The notes under the pieces are model-generated. The model worked only from the letters and a program-made list of their open reading frames with translations, had not been told where the DNA came from and searched no databases. The translations under genes were made by a program, and so were the position numbers. DNA of 55,790 bases, the filler included, from Sphacelaria rigidula (taxonomy: Eukaryota): NCBI GenBank assembly GCA_964200075.2. It is 6 parts of 6 records of this genome, joined end to end, with 100 filler letters (N's around TTAATTAATTAA, not from the genome) between each part and the next. Parts side by side here need not be neighbours in the genome. Positions count along the whole stretch, not along the records: positions 9,317 to 18,531 come from CAXNAA020009024.1; positions 18,632 to 27,846 come from CAXNAA020009025.1; 4 more parts are not named here. One strand, written 5' to 3'. Of this stretch, positions 9,336 to 21,729 are shown one piece after another; position 1 is the stretch's first letter, and each line of letters begins with the position of its first letter.

Positions 9336-12300
9336 CTGTGCTCGAGGCCCTCGGTGACGCGTTGCATTAAGCGTTGAAAGCATCTCTGCGTGTCAGGGTG
9401 AACAGCATTCTGGAAAAATCCGGAAGCGAGATCGAAGGTGCTGAATATTTTCCCTCCGCCTAAGCAGTCGAAGACTTTAGCAATGCGGGGGATTGGAAGT
9501 TTACCGACCACAGTGACGCGGTTCAACCGTTGGTAATTCACGGTTATGCGTATGTTTCCATCCTTTTTGGGGACGACTTCAAGAGGCGAGGCCCAAGGAT
9601 AGGAGGAATGTTGTATTAATCCCGCTCCCTAGTATGCATCCAAGATGGCGCTAACCTTCTTGGAAAGGATTGGGTTTGTGCGGGATGGCCGAGAAGAAAT
9701 CGGTGAGACGCCGGGTCGGAGGGTAACCTCAAAGGGCAGCGTTTTTCAGTGCCCAAGATCCGTCTTGGATCGGGAAAATCGGTCTTGATACTGTAGCAGG
9801 ACATCACTGAGATCCCGGAAACCTGCCGGTTGCCAGCCGGGCCCATGAAGGTCAAAATTGATGTCGCGCATGTGTAGCGGCAGTTGGTGCCACATCTGCA
9901 AGAAACTATTCCGAGAATCTGGTAAGGAGCGTTGAAGCACTTCAACAGGAGGGTCGGAATTCGGCTGGGCAGGATCCACGGTGTGGACCTAGGGAGGAGT
10001 CGCAGAGGCGAGGTCGAAATAAGGTTCACCGGCACAATGGGCTGACTCCTGCGGAGATGTGGCGTTTGGCCCTGCGGGTTTTGTTACGTACATCTCGAGT
10101 GGAATGTGCATCAGAGGAGTAGCGGCGATTCCTAGAACATCGCCGGGTTCCAAGTTAGCATGTCCCGTAAGAGGGAGGAACTGTTGTCCCGCCGAATCAA
10201 AATGTTCTGTATCGGCTGGTGCGCCAATAAGGAGTAACATTCCAGTAAGATAATGACCCGTGAGTGCTGGTATGCCATTTCGGCGAACTAGTGCAACTTC
10301 TGGAAGTTGAGGGTCGTCGGAGAGTGTAGTACCAACGCTGCCGTTGTATCGTAGGTGGTAAGCAGCTCCGGTTGCTTGAGTATTCTTCTGGTAGGCCAGG
10401 GCGCCGTGGAGAGTACCAAATTGTTCGAGGTTGAATTCTCCACGAGGCGTGGAGTGTGGCGATAGTGGTGGAAGCGTGCGGTAGGTGCGTTTATTCAATT
10501 GCATATAGCTATCTCTGCCCAACAATATGGCATGGTGCACTGTGCTGTCGGGGACAATGTATGCGCGTTTATTCAACCGAATATAGCTATCTCTGCCCAA
10601 CAATATGGCATAGTGCATTGTGCTGTCGGGGACAATGTATGCCCAGACTGCCAGGCTGGCTGATCGAGTGGTGTTGTGAAAGAATTGCACACTGAGACCT
10701 ACGGATTTACGTGTCGTCAGTGGTGTGGCAGAATCACCGAAACCGCCCCATACTCGAGGTCGGGTGGTGGTTTCGCAAGCTGCAGTATCAGCGCCAGTCT
10801 GTTTCATGTGTCTCCATGTTGAATCTCGAATAAATGTTTGCGGGCTGCCGCGTTCCGATAAGGATACGCATTTCGTAGGCATGGTAGCGTTTGGACCAGA
10901 ATGGATGACAACGCGTGTAGTGAAAGTGGCCGGATCTACAGACACTTTACCGCCGACAAGGTCCGGACCGTGTTTCGGCAAGGTAAATTGGTCAGGATCA
11001 GCGGGGCTGACAGCAAAAACGCACGGTGGGCGATCCGCCGGTGGGTCAGATGTCTCACCCGAGAAGGGGGTGGACGGTATATTATTTCCAGGTGTGGCAC
11101 GGTCAGAGTAACCATTGGCGATTTCGTAAATTATCATCTTTGGTTGGCAGGGATCACCGTCCAAGGGCGATCCAGGTTGTGCGGGGCTGGAGTCGTCGAT
11201 TGAGGAAGTAGTACCGTCATAATTATTTGATTTTGTTTCTTCCGGGATACTTGATAGAGCCATCGAACTCAAAGCCGTCGCATTTCGGAGAGATTGAGGT
11301 CAAGGATTTCCGCTCGAAAGAGGTGCACGTGATGATGCGCGCAGGTCCTTGGGGGCATGCTTACGGGGCTTTCTCTTTCGCCGTAACAAAGGTCGGGGAA
11401 CTTCCAAAACATTTTGGGATCAAATCATAACTGCGTCCAGCTGCGTGGATGGGATCAGCATCGGGGCATGACGGAGCGAAACTTGTGGGCTGCTTTCCGC
11501 AGGGCAAACTTGGCTGTTGGGTCATAGCCGAAGATATGTTGGGGCGGTTGTTATTAGAACCGGCCGAAGGTCGGTCCGTGCGTGTTGAAAATCGCGGGGA
11601 AGGAGCTCGATCCAACTGATCGGGAATTACATGATCCGATGTGGTCAAGTTCAAATCAGCAACACTTGGGTCAGCTGAAGAATGCTTGCTTCTACCTGTG
11701 CGTGCGGTCGCTGAGGGAAGCCTTTGCCGCAGGGACTGGCGGTTGATCCTCCCACACCTCAGACTTATACTCAGCACTGACAGACCAAGTTCAAGGCCCG
11801 GCGTAGGTCTGAGTCGAGGGGTGACACCACTGCTACGCGGTGTGTGGAGGGGTGAAGACGGGGGTCGATATGAACGGCCGGCAGTTGCACTCCTGCATAG
11901 TGCCGGGGGATCCGGGCGAACGATCTTAGTCGCGGGCTCTGCGGGCTGTGTTGAAAGGTGTGTGGAGGTTGGAGACGGGGGTCGATTTGAACGGCCGTCA
12001 GTTACGCTCCGATAATGCCAGGAGAGCCGGGTGAGCAATTTTAGTCACGGACTCCGCGGGCTGTCTTGAGAAAGTCTTCACCTGTGCTGTCGGCGGTGCG
12101 GAAGACCGTAGAACGCCAGAGTCGGCACGTCATGGATCTATGCGATCCGTAGTGAAGGTACCAGGGTTTCTGGTGTTGGGATTCGAGCTTTGTGTCGGTC
12201 CCGTCCGCTGGTGCCTATCAGCGGAACGTTTGTTGTCGCGAGAATGTTTATCGTTCTGGCGAGGGCTTGTATTATTGTTGTTTTGTCGGCGACCGCGATT

Positions 12301-13200
12301 AGAGCTTTTGTTGCCACGTTGATTCGAATTGTTACGGTAGTTTCGATCAGGTGGGCACCCGGAAACAACGACGGTATCAGAGGCGGATACTGTTGAGTAA
12401 CGCTATTGTGAACGTGAGGCTGACACATTGCATCGCTCGGTCCGTTTCGGCGTCCGACACCCGTCGTACCCGAAACCAAAAGCTTCAATTCGCGGAGATA
12501 ATCCGCGAAGGGGACATCCGATGCAAAAGCGAAGAACTCAGCCTCTGGATGGCGCTGGCTTGGTCACTTTTGTCGAAATAGCCTATCAAACGCCTCTCCA
12601 AATCAGAGAGCAATACCAGGCCTATCTTCCCCTTGGCACGACCCGGATCCATTTCGGCAAGGAAGCCGTCGAGGATCTGTGTCAAAGAAGCAGCGATGTC
12701 GGGAGAGCGGCGGCTGATGGATCGATGCAATGCTTTATGCAAGGGGGTCTGCCAGTCCTCTACCCAATCGGAATCAGTTGCATCCGCCAATTGAAGGATG
12801 TTACAAACAGTGCGGCGAATGGACGTGATGAGGGCAGAAGTAAACTGTCCCGAATCTTCGTTATCCGCAGCAGGCATGTTTTTAATGTGCCAAAGCTTTG
12901 TCACATCCATCTGAATCTACTGTCTCTGTATTGCAGCTACTCGGGCAGACTCGACTCTATCGAACGCTGCTTTTTTATTAGCTTTGGAACGTTCTTTGTC
13001 AGCAGCAGCGGTTGCTAAAGCGCGGGCTGTAGTAGAAGGCAATGGACAGTCAGGTGTGTCCGTATCAGATAAACCTAAAGTAGTGGCTGGTAATCGGTGC
13101 TTGTGGGAAGGGCAGAGGGGGACGAGCGGACGGGTGGGACATTTACAAACAGTGGTGGGGTGTTTGGTATTTATAGCGGCGGCAACAGTCAGAGACATCG
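9336..13200 (-). mobile_element. Decayed Ty3/Gypsy LTR retrotransposon (gag-like, protease, RT 5' half)
   Basis: RT: LIQHSSYPWASPLEVVPKKDGNIRITVNYQRLN..LPIPRI..IFSTFDLASGFFQ..FQRLMQRV (9336-9660). Protease-like LSERGSPQTFI..ILLGRD in ORF 9989-11272. Gag-like ORFs 12485-13198. Stops and frameshifts throughout. Confidence 0.88.
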
Positions 13201-13583
13201 CCCAGTAAAAGGTGAGGTTATCTGCCCCTCACGTATTGGCAACCTTCTGCAGAGGCTTTGACGCACCCCAATGTGCGTGAGTACCATGCCGAGCTCGCCT
13301 CGGAGGAAACCAAGCGAACGAAATATGCAGATGCAGCACGATCATATGCACAAAAGTATAAATACTACACCCGACGCGGGAGCGTTTCAGCAGAGTTGAC
13401 ACCTTGATCACCATGAGATGGGCGTGCGTAGTTTTTGAGAGCGACGTGGGCGACAGGGGCACGCATGGCGTGAGCACGAGCACGCGAGATATCGACCTTA
13501 TAATAGCACGTGTGTCGTCTATGGGAAATCAAAGGGGAGGACACCTTACCGATAGGCGCACTTGTCGCCTCTGCTCGTCCATG

Positions 13584-13802
13584 GTGTAATGCGTGTGAGG
13601 ACCGCGTGCTTAGAGGACCGCATCGGAATCTAAACATCCCTATGGTTAGGATTAGGATTAGGGTTAGGGTTAGGGTTGGGGTTAGGGTCAGGTGCGTGGG
13701 ACCTGAAGGGACTGGCCCGATTGGTTTCGAAAAACGTTGATCCTGGGGTGTTTCGGACTACGGCGCGGTCCTCTAAGCACGCGGTCCTCTCACGCATTAC
13801 AC
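13584..13802. mobile_element. TIR element enclosing (TTAGGG)n-like repeats
   Basis: 38-bp TIR GTGTAATGCGTG(T/A)GAGGACCGCGTGCTTAGAGGACCGC at 13584-13621 and 13765-13802 (1 mismatch); TTAGGA/TTAGGG array at 13644-13691. Confidence 0.85.
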
Positions 13803-13909
13803 GTGGAACAAACAGCCCGGACGGGGACAACATTACGATCTCCCCGGGGATGCTTGGCACCCCGGGCCTTTTCGGTCACTCCGTGCTACATCACATGTGG
13901 CAACGAGCG

Positions 13910-14162
13910 AGTGATGCTACGGTAGGGTTGCACAATATTTTCCGAGCTTAGAGTTGTTAGGAGCCCTTTGTCTTATCCAAAACACGAGTTATGAAATATG
14001 TGAGAGTATGCCAGGATATCTATTCCAATGTGCTCGGGGCATCCCGAATAGATTTGTAAGCAGGGATTCCCTGACCCATATTCTTGTGCATCTAGAATCG
14101 TGAGGAGCCCGTGAACCAGACAAGATTCTGCGGGAAAAGTTCACCCCCACCGCAGCATTGCT
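13910..14162. mobile_element. MITE family A copy
   Basis: AGTGATGCTACGGTAGGGTTGCAC...CCCCCACCGCAGCATTGCT; reverse homologue of 3921-4180. Confidence 0.75.
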
Positions 14163-16356
14163 CCGATGTAATGTAGGCAGTGTGCGTGAGGGCTGCTGCA
14201 GCATTCCTAAGGGCGTAAAATAGATTTGCAGTCCGCACCGTACAAGAAGTGGACAAGAAACGCTTCATTACTTTTTATTCTCTAAGCCAAGGTGCCCTGG
14301 GAGCGGGAGGGGAAGGGTGTGTGCGTGAGGTAAGTGGAATACATGGGAAGCATATTTGACACCGACGAAGCTAATCCGGGGGTATGCCAGTGCATAATGT
14401 ATGTAAGCTAACATAGCATATCAAGTGTGTTGTATCGCGCTTGGACTGTGCACCCCGCCTCAATTACAATGCATCCATAGACACGACTAACAAGTGTATA
14501 CAGAACTAGGCTAACCGTTTCACCGTCATGGTGGGTCATTTGGATCTTGCATCGGAAACCCCAGCGAAAATGGTGCTTTTGCAGCGTATCAATCACCCTG
14601 GCGTTCAAAGGGTTAACCAGCAGTAAAAAGAATATGATGGGAGAAACGTTCCGCCTTTGGTCTCAGAGAGTATACGGCTGGCGCTGACCTATTCAAGCAA
14701 GGGAGTTCGTTACTTCCTCAGCGGAAAAAAACGAGGAATCGGAGAAGAGACCGACTGTTGTGCTTCGTCGAAAATATGTGTCATTTCGACACTCCCAGCT
14801 TTCCACATATATATGGATACGAGATTAGATTCCTTCTCCGATATATTCCTTGTACAGCATCAATTTTGCAATGCTCACTGTAAGATCTTCTCCAGCACGG
14901 AGACCCCCATTCTGCCGAAAATTCAAAACGTTAGATGGGGAGTATTACAAGGTGGTGTGGTGTTGCATGGCGTCTCCTGCTCTACCGCCACAACGGAATT
15001 TCGAATATTGCACGAGGACGCTGAACAACATCTTGATCCTCAGAGCACCAAGAGTTGTGGGTTTCACTGAAGGAGCAAAAGTATATCATCATTCGAATTA
15101 CAAAATCAAGACACAACGTGGTGCATTCGCATACATGGACTCGCGTGGACTCTCTGCTTCGCCGTAAAACGGTAAGACCCGGGCCTTCTGCTGACGGTGA
15201 TGCCTGTAGAGCCACTGTGGAAAGATGACATAGCCAACGGTAGAGGCCTTGAGTACAACGGCACGTAATGCTTCCTTTGTTTCGGTGAATCTCGTGCAGA
15301 AATAAAGGAGGCGTGCTCCTTCAGAGTCACATGAATCGCCCACACTCCTTACTTGAACACTGCGGTAGACGATTTTCGGTCAAGCAAAGCACCCCCTACC
15401 TACCCAGTTACACAGTGGCCGAGCGTCGACCTGCCTTGTGTAACCATGTTTTTACTCCTTTGAGAGATGAACTTGCTTCGTTCAAGACAAACGAACTAGC
15501 GAAGGCCGGCGAACGGCAAGCTGTTCTCGAAACTAAGGCCACGTTGAAAACCGCCACGGTGAAACCAGGGGGGTCTGTTCAACCGTCCGTGTTAACAGGT
15601 CTGAAAAAGAAGGATTTTTCGCATCGAAGCCATTGAGAAACGTTCATGTATGTTTCACCGGTCAGGTCTTTTGAACCTCTCAAAGAATATACTACTTGAC
15701 TATTTTTAACGTCCTTCACATGACCAGCGTCAGACGTGTCTCTTTCACGCGTCCATGTTCATGAACCGGTTCAAAAAAGGTCTTGTGAGACTGTTGCATA
15801 CTTCAGAGATGGGCAAGTGAGGCCTCGCCCTGCACGTGAAAAGCCTTGGTTATTTTCGAGGCTTTCTATTTGCAGGATAAACTCCTTCATGACCATATTA
15901 GAACCGGATGAGAAAAGTGAGAATCTCGTGTAGTCATTGTGTCTGAACCCGGCGTAGTCTCACATGACAAAATTTGAATCAAATGGCAAACTGAGACTCT
16001 CACGTGTGACTGTCCGGGCATCGCGTAAAAGTATCACGTGACACATGAGCGTCGTTCAATCAGGCGGGAAAAAAAAAAAAAACGTGCGTCATCATCTTCA
16101 ATCCGGTGTAGGAACACGAACACGTGATAAATCAAGGCGTACAAATTGGGACACGGAAAAGATGCGTGCGCATGAATCCGAACACGTAAAAAACCGCCGC
16201 GGTGGCACAACTTTCAGTTCCGACCTCCTTCCCCCCGCCATGGGGTTGGCGTCGGTTGGCAATAACGCTGTAAAATGCGTCACTCACTGCGTAAGCGAGG
16301 CTACCAGGTCACCGATTTCTTTTGCGCGCTCGCGTGTTTTTCGCGATAGCTGTGAT

Positions 16357-16952
16357 GGTGATCGAGCTAGATCATATTGTGCGAGGTGGGAGAACCCCAA
16401 CTCCGCGCAAAGGGCGTCATTATACTACGCATCGTTCACATGGTGAGACACCCATGAGGAAGTGGATAAGCCATGGCTGTCTGTGGAAGTGGCGATACCA
16501 GAAAATGGATCAACTCATTGTAGGCTGTAATCCAAATGCAAGATAACCAATACGCTTCGGGCCGTATATGTTAGCAAGATGAAGCTCACCCTTCATGCGA
16601 CTCGCCGAACCCATCACGGCGCTTCGCGCTTGGCGATTGACTGCGAGCCTGGTCCGGCGAAAACACGGCGTGCTCTGTCCCGACTTTAAATTGATGCGAG
16701 GTCAATGGTCTGATGACTATGGCATGAAATATGACGAGTATCCCCCCCCCCTCCCCCCTCCGTCTCGAAAGGGATGCGTGGTCAATGGTCACACGACTAA
16801 GGCAAGCAACAAATGAGTCCGCCCCCCCCCCCCGACCCTCCCGCGACCCCTGGTCTGCCGAAAACCCGGCATGCTCCCACCCGGCTTTGTGGAGATGTGA
16901 GGTCAAAAGTAGTATGACTAGGGCATGCAAGGTGATGAGTACACGCCCCCCC
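16357..16952 (+). repeat. Dispersed repeat family D followed by tandem C-tract-capped modules
   Basis: Body aligns with 51692-52104 and 54265-54557; three terminal modules end in C runs at ~16742, 16822, 16946. Confidence 0.85.
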
Positions 16953-17057
16953 CCCTCCCGCGCCTACTCAACGCCTACATATTCCTTAGTCATATTCCAC
17001 CGCGTCAATAACAATAACAACAACTGTTACTAGTACTTACGCTTCTAGTAGTACTTA

Positions 17058-17059
<2 letters not shown>

Positions 17060-17101
<42 letters not shown>
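17060..17101. repeat. (CTA)n microsatellite
   Basis: Direct reading. Confidence 0.95.
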
Positions 17102-17102
<1 letters not shown>

Positions 17103-17239
17103 CATTATAACTACAACAAAGAGCCGTTTCCCCCTTGAGTTCTCATGTTCAACACCCACATCTCCCTTCTTCATTGAAATGCTGTGGCGAGTATTGAAAC
17201 TAAAACAGCAGCAGTAACGTAGTGAGGTTTGGTCGTTAC

Positions 17240-17312
17240 CTCCCATATGGGCAATGGACTCCGCACTGGCCAACTGCATGAGGTCGGCCCAGCTGACGGC
17301 AGGGTGCTTCAC
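17240..17312 (-). CDS. Exon of class I haem peroxidase (ascorbate/cytochrome c peroxidase-like)
   Basis: CCAG|VKHPAVSWADLMQLASAESIAHMG-G|GTAACG; matches the APX segment KYP.VS(W/Y)ADL.QLASA.AIE..GG. Confidence 0.75.
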
Positions 17313-17504
17313 CTGGACGCGTTTTTTCGCGGAATACGCATGCACAAGTCGGCGCGAGACGGGTGTGCAAATCCGTATTCGACAAATGGTGCTGTGCTCT
17401 GTTTTTTATTTCTGCCGAACATGAAACCGAAGAGCACAATGTAGCATTACGAAAAAGATGATGAGTGCCCGACATGCGCCTGTGGGGAACTTACTTTCTC
17501 ATGA

Positions 17505-17875
17505 GGTGGTATCCACATCACTCCCCTCCTCTTCTGAGCTTCTTCGTACGTGAAGAGGGTTGTATAGGTAATCATTTTCGCCGGCTAACGGTGAAGAAAT
17601 TTGTACAACTTTTCCCACAAATATTTCGCGCGTGTGTTGGGTTGGGATGCGAAATCAGCAATATCCGTGCAAGACTCGTCTGTGAGTTGGTGAACTCTGC
17701 CTGCTAGTCACTCACCAGTTTTCGTGCCCATCACCAATTTTAGGAGCTTTTGTTGCATGGTTTGCTCCGGCAGGATTTTGTTATTGGTTGTATTGATCGA
17801 GGCCGGGGTCCGAACCCGGAGCCTTCTGCTCAGAAAGCATACGGAGTCATCTCAGTGTCGCCAACGTGAAGAGGG
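17505..17875 (-). repeat. Dispersed repeat family C (SINE-like)
   Basis: Aligns with 39975-40354 (GAAAACTGG.GAGTG.CTA, AAAAGTTGTACAAA, GGATACCACC); B-box-like GGTTCGGACCCC. Confidence 0.6.
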
Positions 17876-18269
17876 GATGAGTCCTGGGACATACATTTGT
17901 AGCATTTTCCCCTCCTTTGTGGTGGTATACACACATGAGACAGAGTTGCAAATGTGCATGTACAGGCACAAGAGAGAGAGAGTGTGTGTGCTGCTTTGGT
18001 TTTCACGACAAATGGTGAAGAATATATGGAGTAGTGCCGTCTAACTCTTGTTGAAACCGACTCACGCTTGACATGAAATCAAGATACAAACCTCCTGCAC
18101 ACGGGTCCGCCTTTGAGGGTGATATTCTCGAGTTTTCTTCAGGTAGAGTTTCCGTGTTTTCACTTCGGATACGTGTATCCTATGACCATGGCTGGACCAG
18201 TTTGACTGTGCAAAAACCAATCAACCAGTCCGCTCCCGGCTTGCGAAAATGAGGGTGAGATGTGTGTGT

Positions 18270-18455
18270 GGTGTATTCATGATCTTGCTTGGCGTAGCCA
18301 TATGACTATTGACCTCGCATCCCTACAAAGCCGGGACGGAGCACGCCGGGTTTTGCCGGACTAGGCTCGCAGTCAATCACGAAGCGCGGAAACACCGGGA
18401 TGTGTTCGGCGAGTCGCGTGAAGGGTGAGCTGCATCCTGCTAAGATTGTTCGGGT
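18270..18455 (-). repeat. Family D 3' part
   Basis: Reverse complement of the 16580-16740 / 51925-52080 segment. Confidence 0.8.
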
Positions 18456-18531
18456 TGAAATCTCATGCCGAGATAGCTCCCCCACAAAAAGTGCACGTGA
18501 GAAGGTGCGACAAAACGGCTGCGATCCCACT

Positions 18532-18631
18532 NNNNNNNNNNNNNNNNNNNNNNNNNNNNNNNNNNNNNNNNNNNNTTAATTAATTAANNNNNNNNNNNNN
18601 NNNNNNNNNNNNNNNNNNNNNNNNNNNNNNN
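18532..18631. other. Artificial contig spacer
   Basis: N-run with TTAATTAATTAA. Confidence 0.98.
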
Positions 18632-18810
18632 GGTTGGTTGCGTGGTGTCTTGGGTGGTGACATGGTGTTCGACACGTGTGTTGGCGGTTTTCCCTGTTTG
18701 GGGGTCAAAAGGTGAGTCAACGTCCCAAAAGTGAACAACCCTTGGGCCAAAAATCTGTCTGCCATAACATCCGGCCTCAAAATCCTGAAAATAAGGGTTT
18801 TCCTGCGTAC

Positions 18811-20046
18811 CTGTAATCTCGACTTGACCTCTCCAACGCCTCCGGGCCCGAACCCCAAACCCGGTAAGTCGCCCAAGCCCGGCTCCAAGTCCGCCCAGTC
18901 ATTTTCATGCGAGCATGGCTCCGGTTCACGGAAAACATCAAGCATCGACCCTTTCCGCTCCATCCCTCGCCCCCTCTCTTCCTCACCGATCTGTTCAGGA
19001 CTACTGCTTTGGCGATCGCCAGTTCCGCCTCCGCCGCCACTCGGGTAGCACTCAGCACCATCGTCGTCGAACAGATATCGCCGCCTCACATGCAACGCCT
19101 CTTCAAGGCGTTCGGGTTCACGAGGAACATCTACAGCTGCATTGTTCACCGCGATCCACCGCGCGGCTTCGGACTCTGCATCAGCCTCCCGGTTACGCTC
19201 CCCCGTCGCCGGCACAGCCGGTGGTCCGCCGTGGTTGCGGTTGTTGCTACCATCGCCACTTGCGGCACGATACCGACGGTCAAACATCTGTTCTACGCTC
19301 GCCTGCCGTGGAGCTTCGCTACCTTCGTCTCCACCGCCGCTACAGGAGGCAGAAGGAGCGACACGCAACAAATCTGCGACGACTTCTCTGTTGTCAGCGC
19401 GTCCGCTTTCACAGCCGACCACGAAGGGAGACGAGCCGGTTTCACTGCCTCCGCCGCCCTTCCGCTCCTCTGTTCCATCGCCCGCTGCATCACGAGACGA
19501 TACACCAGCAGCTGCCTCATGCATTGACGATTTTGGACCGGCCTCGCTATTAACCTCCGCAGACAACTCGTCGAGATTTGCAGACGGCACAGTGACCGTC
19601 GCTTGGTTGGCCGACACCGGCACAACTTCAACTATGCCAGCACTGCCCTGATAACCGTGGTTGCCATTTCCGGGTAGAATACCCAGAACTAACGACGTTT
19701 GCACCGACAGCTCTCCGGACCCAGTTATGATGCCGTGCTGTCGCGTTCCGAGATAATCTTCCTCATCCGTCTTGAGCGCCTCGGGGGCATGTCGAGGTGA
19801 ATCCCAGATTGCCACCGTCGAGTCTGAGGAACGGCGCTCGGTTAAACCGGGCACCAGCCCGGGAAGGAAGGGCTGTGAAAGGGTATCTGTGCAGCCAGTT
19901 ACTGCGACCCTCGCGGCGGATCCGTCCTGCGCTTCGCCTTTAGGAGCCTGAGCCTTTGTTTCAAGGATGTGGCAGCGGTGAGTGTGACCGTTCGCGGGGG
20001 GCGGGGGCGGGGGGTGCAACGGGGGGAAAGAATCGGTAACGGTCAC
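18811..20046 (-). CDS. Large exon of unknown low-complexity (G/E/S/A-rich) protein
   Basis: 412-codon open frame bounded by CAAG acceptor and CAG|GTACGC donor; no recognisable domain. Confidence 0.7.
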
Positions 20047-20251
20047 CTTGACGGTGACTCAGCAAGGCACCAGGGGCACGAAAAAACAAAGTGCATGCAT
20101 ACTGTAGGCCGGACACGGCCAAGTGGATGATTACTGCGCAACACATCGCGTCTCATCGAAGATAGCGGTCAACCAATGAATACCTTGGTGACAAGAAATG
20201 AACCTGCGAATCGGCGGATTCACTGCTTAACCACCCTTTCACGAACTTCAA

Positions 20252-20969
20252 CCCTTAGACATGAACCCCCCCCGCAGGTAGACTGGGATGGACTGTGCCA
20301 CATTTGGGGTTCAGGACAGCTCTTTTCTCGCTACGCAAAACGCCTCTTCAATAAACACTTGGATGTTTGGCATCTTCAGAAGAAGCACTCCCGGGTAACG
20401 CTGGAACGCTTTTTGACCCTCTAGTCAATTGCACGTAGAGTCAGTGCGTGCGGTCTACGGGTTACGTACTATATCTTCGCTGGATACAACGGTAAGAAGC
20501 AGTCAGCGTGCCGTCGTTGTCCGCTGAACACAGTCTGCATGCTGGTAATGTATCTGCTTAGTGTTACACAACACTACAGGCAGTGTGAAGCTATGCTGGC
20601 AAGACACAAAGGGTCAGGCCGGCGGCATAGATCACGAGCAGAGTAAACACCACGTTGTTTGCGCCCATGTAATCTATGGTTAAATTGTCGTAACCAAAAT
20701 GAGAAACACGGCTAGAAAGCGAAGTAGTCCACCTGTAATCCAACTGTAGGGGAACAAAGTGACCACTGCGATAGCCGTGATTGGTCAGAATCATCACTCC
20801 GCTCCTCTCGGGCCTCGTTATCTTTGCTTCAAATTTTTCGTGAGAAACACATATGGTTGACTTCGTGAGCTTTTCGGCTGTCCTTCGAATAGACCCCCAC
20901 CCCCTGGAACATGTGCCTGGACTGTCAGCCAGTGAAATTCTTGCGAGGCGACGCTCGCTGTCCAATGGG
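20252..20969. mobile_element. Non-autonomous piggyBac-like element, long form (~720 bp)
   Basis: TCAA|CCCTTAGACA...TGTCCAATGGG|TTAA; full-length homologue at 48195-48910. Confidence 0.8.
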
Positions 20970-20978
20970 TTAAGTTGA

Positions 20979-21076
20979 CCCTTAGACTACCAGAGTACTT
21001 AATCTATATCATGCATACTTTTTGCAAGTGAAATTGATGCCGATTCAACAGGTGGCCTACTCTTGCGGTCCAGGGG
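20979..21076. mobile_element. piggyBac-like mini element (~98 bp)
   Basis: TTGA|CCCTTAGAC...GTCCAGGGG|TTGA; core CAAGTGAAATTGATGCCGATTCAACAG. Confidence 0.75.
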
Positions 21077-21462
21077 TTGACCGTGCGACCTGTAAAACTA
21101 CAGGTGTGTCGTGACGTAAGTCGGGGTTAGGAACTACCCGCACGTGACTGTCCGCGATCCACCGTTCCACTACGAATAACACCGTCGTCACAAGGTAGAC
21201 TCAGACTACGTTGTTCGGTTGGAATACACATCGAACCCATACCCACGTCTAGCCCCGCCGCCATAGACCGGACACCGCTCAATGCATCAACGCCATAATC
21301 ATCATCCAAACCAGACGCACACTTGCTACTGACAACAAAAAGTACCCGGAGCGCGGGAATAATTTGGGCATGGGAGCGCGTACATGCGAACAACCACACC
21401 CTCCTAAAAACACCCACGATTCATGTATCACATTATAACATCACGCAGCACTATCTTGTCCA

Positions 21463-21729
21463 CCTGTCTTCCACTGTCTTCCGTCGCGCATCCTTCTTCA
21501 AGATCCTCTAGCGCGTTTGGGCCCATCACCGGATCTTTTATCAAATCACGGCCGCCGCCCACCCTCCCGAATACTTTGCCTCTTACACGCGAAGGGCTGT
21601 CCGGGCCTTTCGTCCCTCCTGAGCGATTCCCACTGCTGCTGTCGTTCTCACCGGCATCGTGGATTATGTTCTCCACCTCTCGCGTGGTACGACATGAGTT
21701 GTGCGAATGGGAGTTCTGCCCGTCCGTTC
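21463..21729 (-). CDS. Candidate upstream exon of the low-complexity protein gene
   Basis: CTCCCTCAG acceptor; open frame TDGQNSHSHNSC...LEDLEEGCATEDSGRQ; donor GTGGAC is weak. Confidence 0.4.

Noticed and set aside
13200..13580. Gypsy 5' LTR and primer-binding site
   Set aside because: No second LTR to compare, and no convincing tRNA-complementary PBS identified.
14600..15400. Possible transposase relic
   Set aside because: No catalytic or family motif recognised in any frame.
17240..20046. Fusion of the long low-complexity exon with the peroxidase exon
   Set aside because: They lie on different, unlinked contigs.
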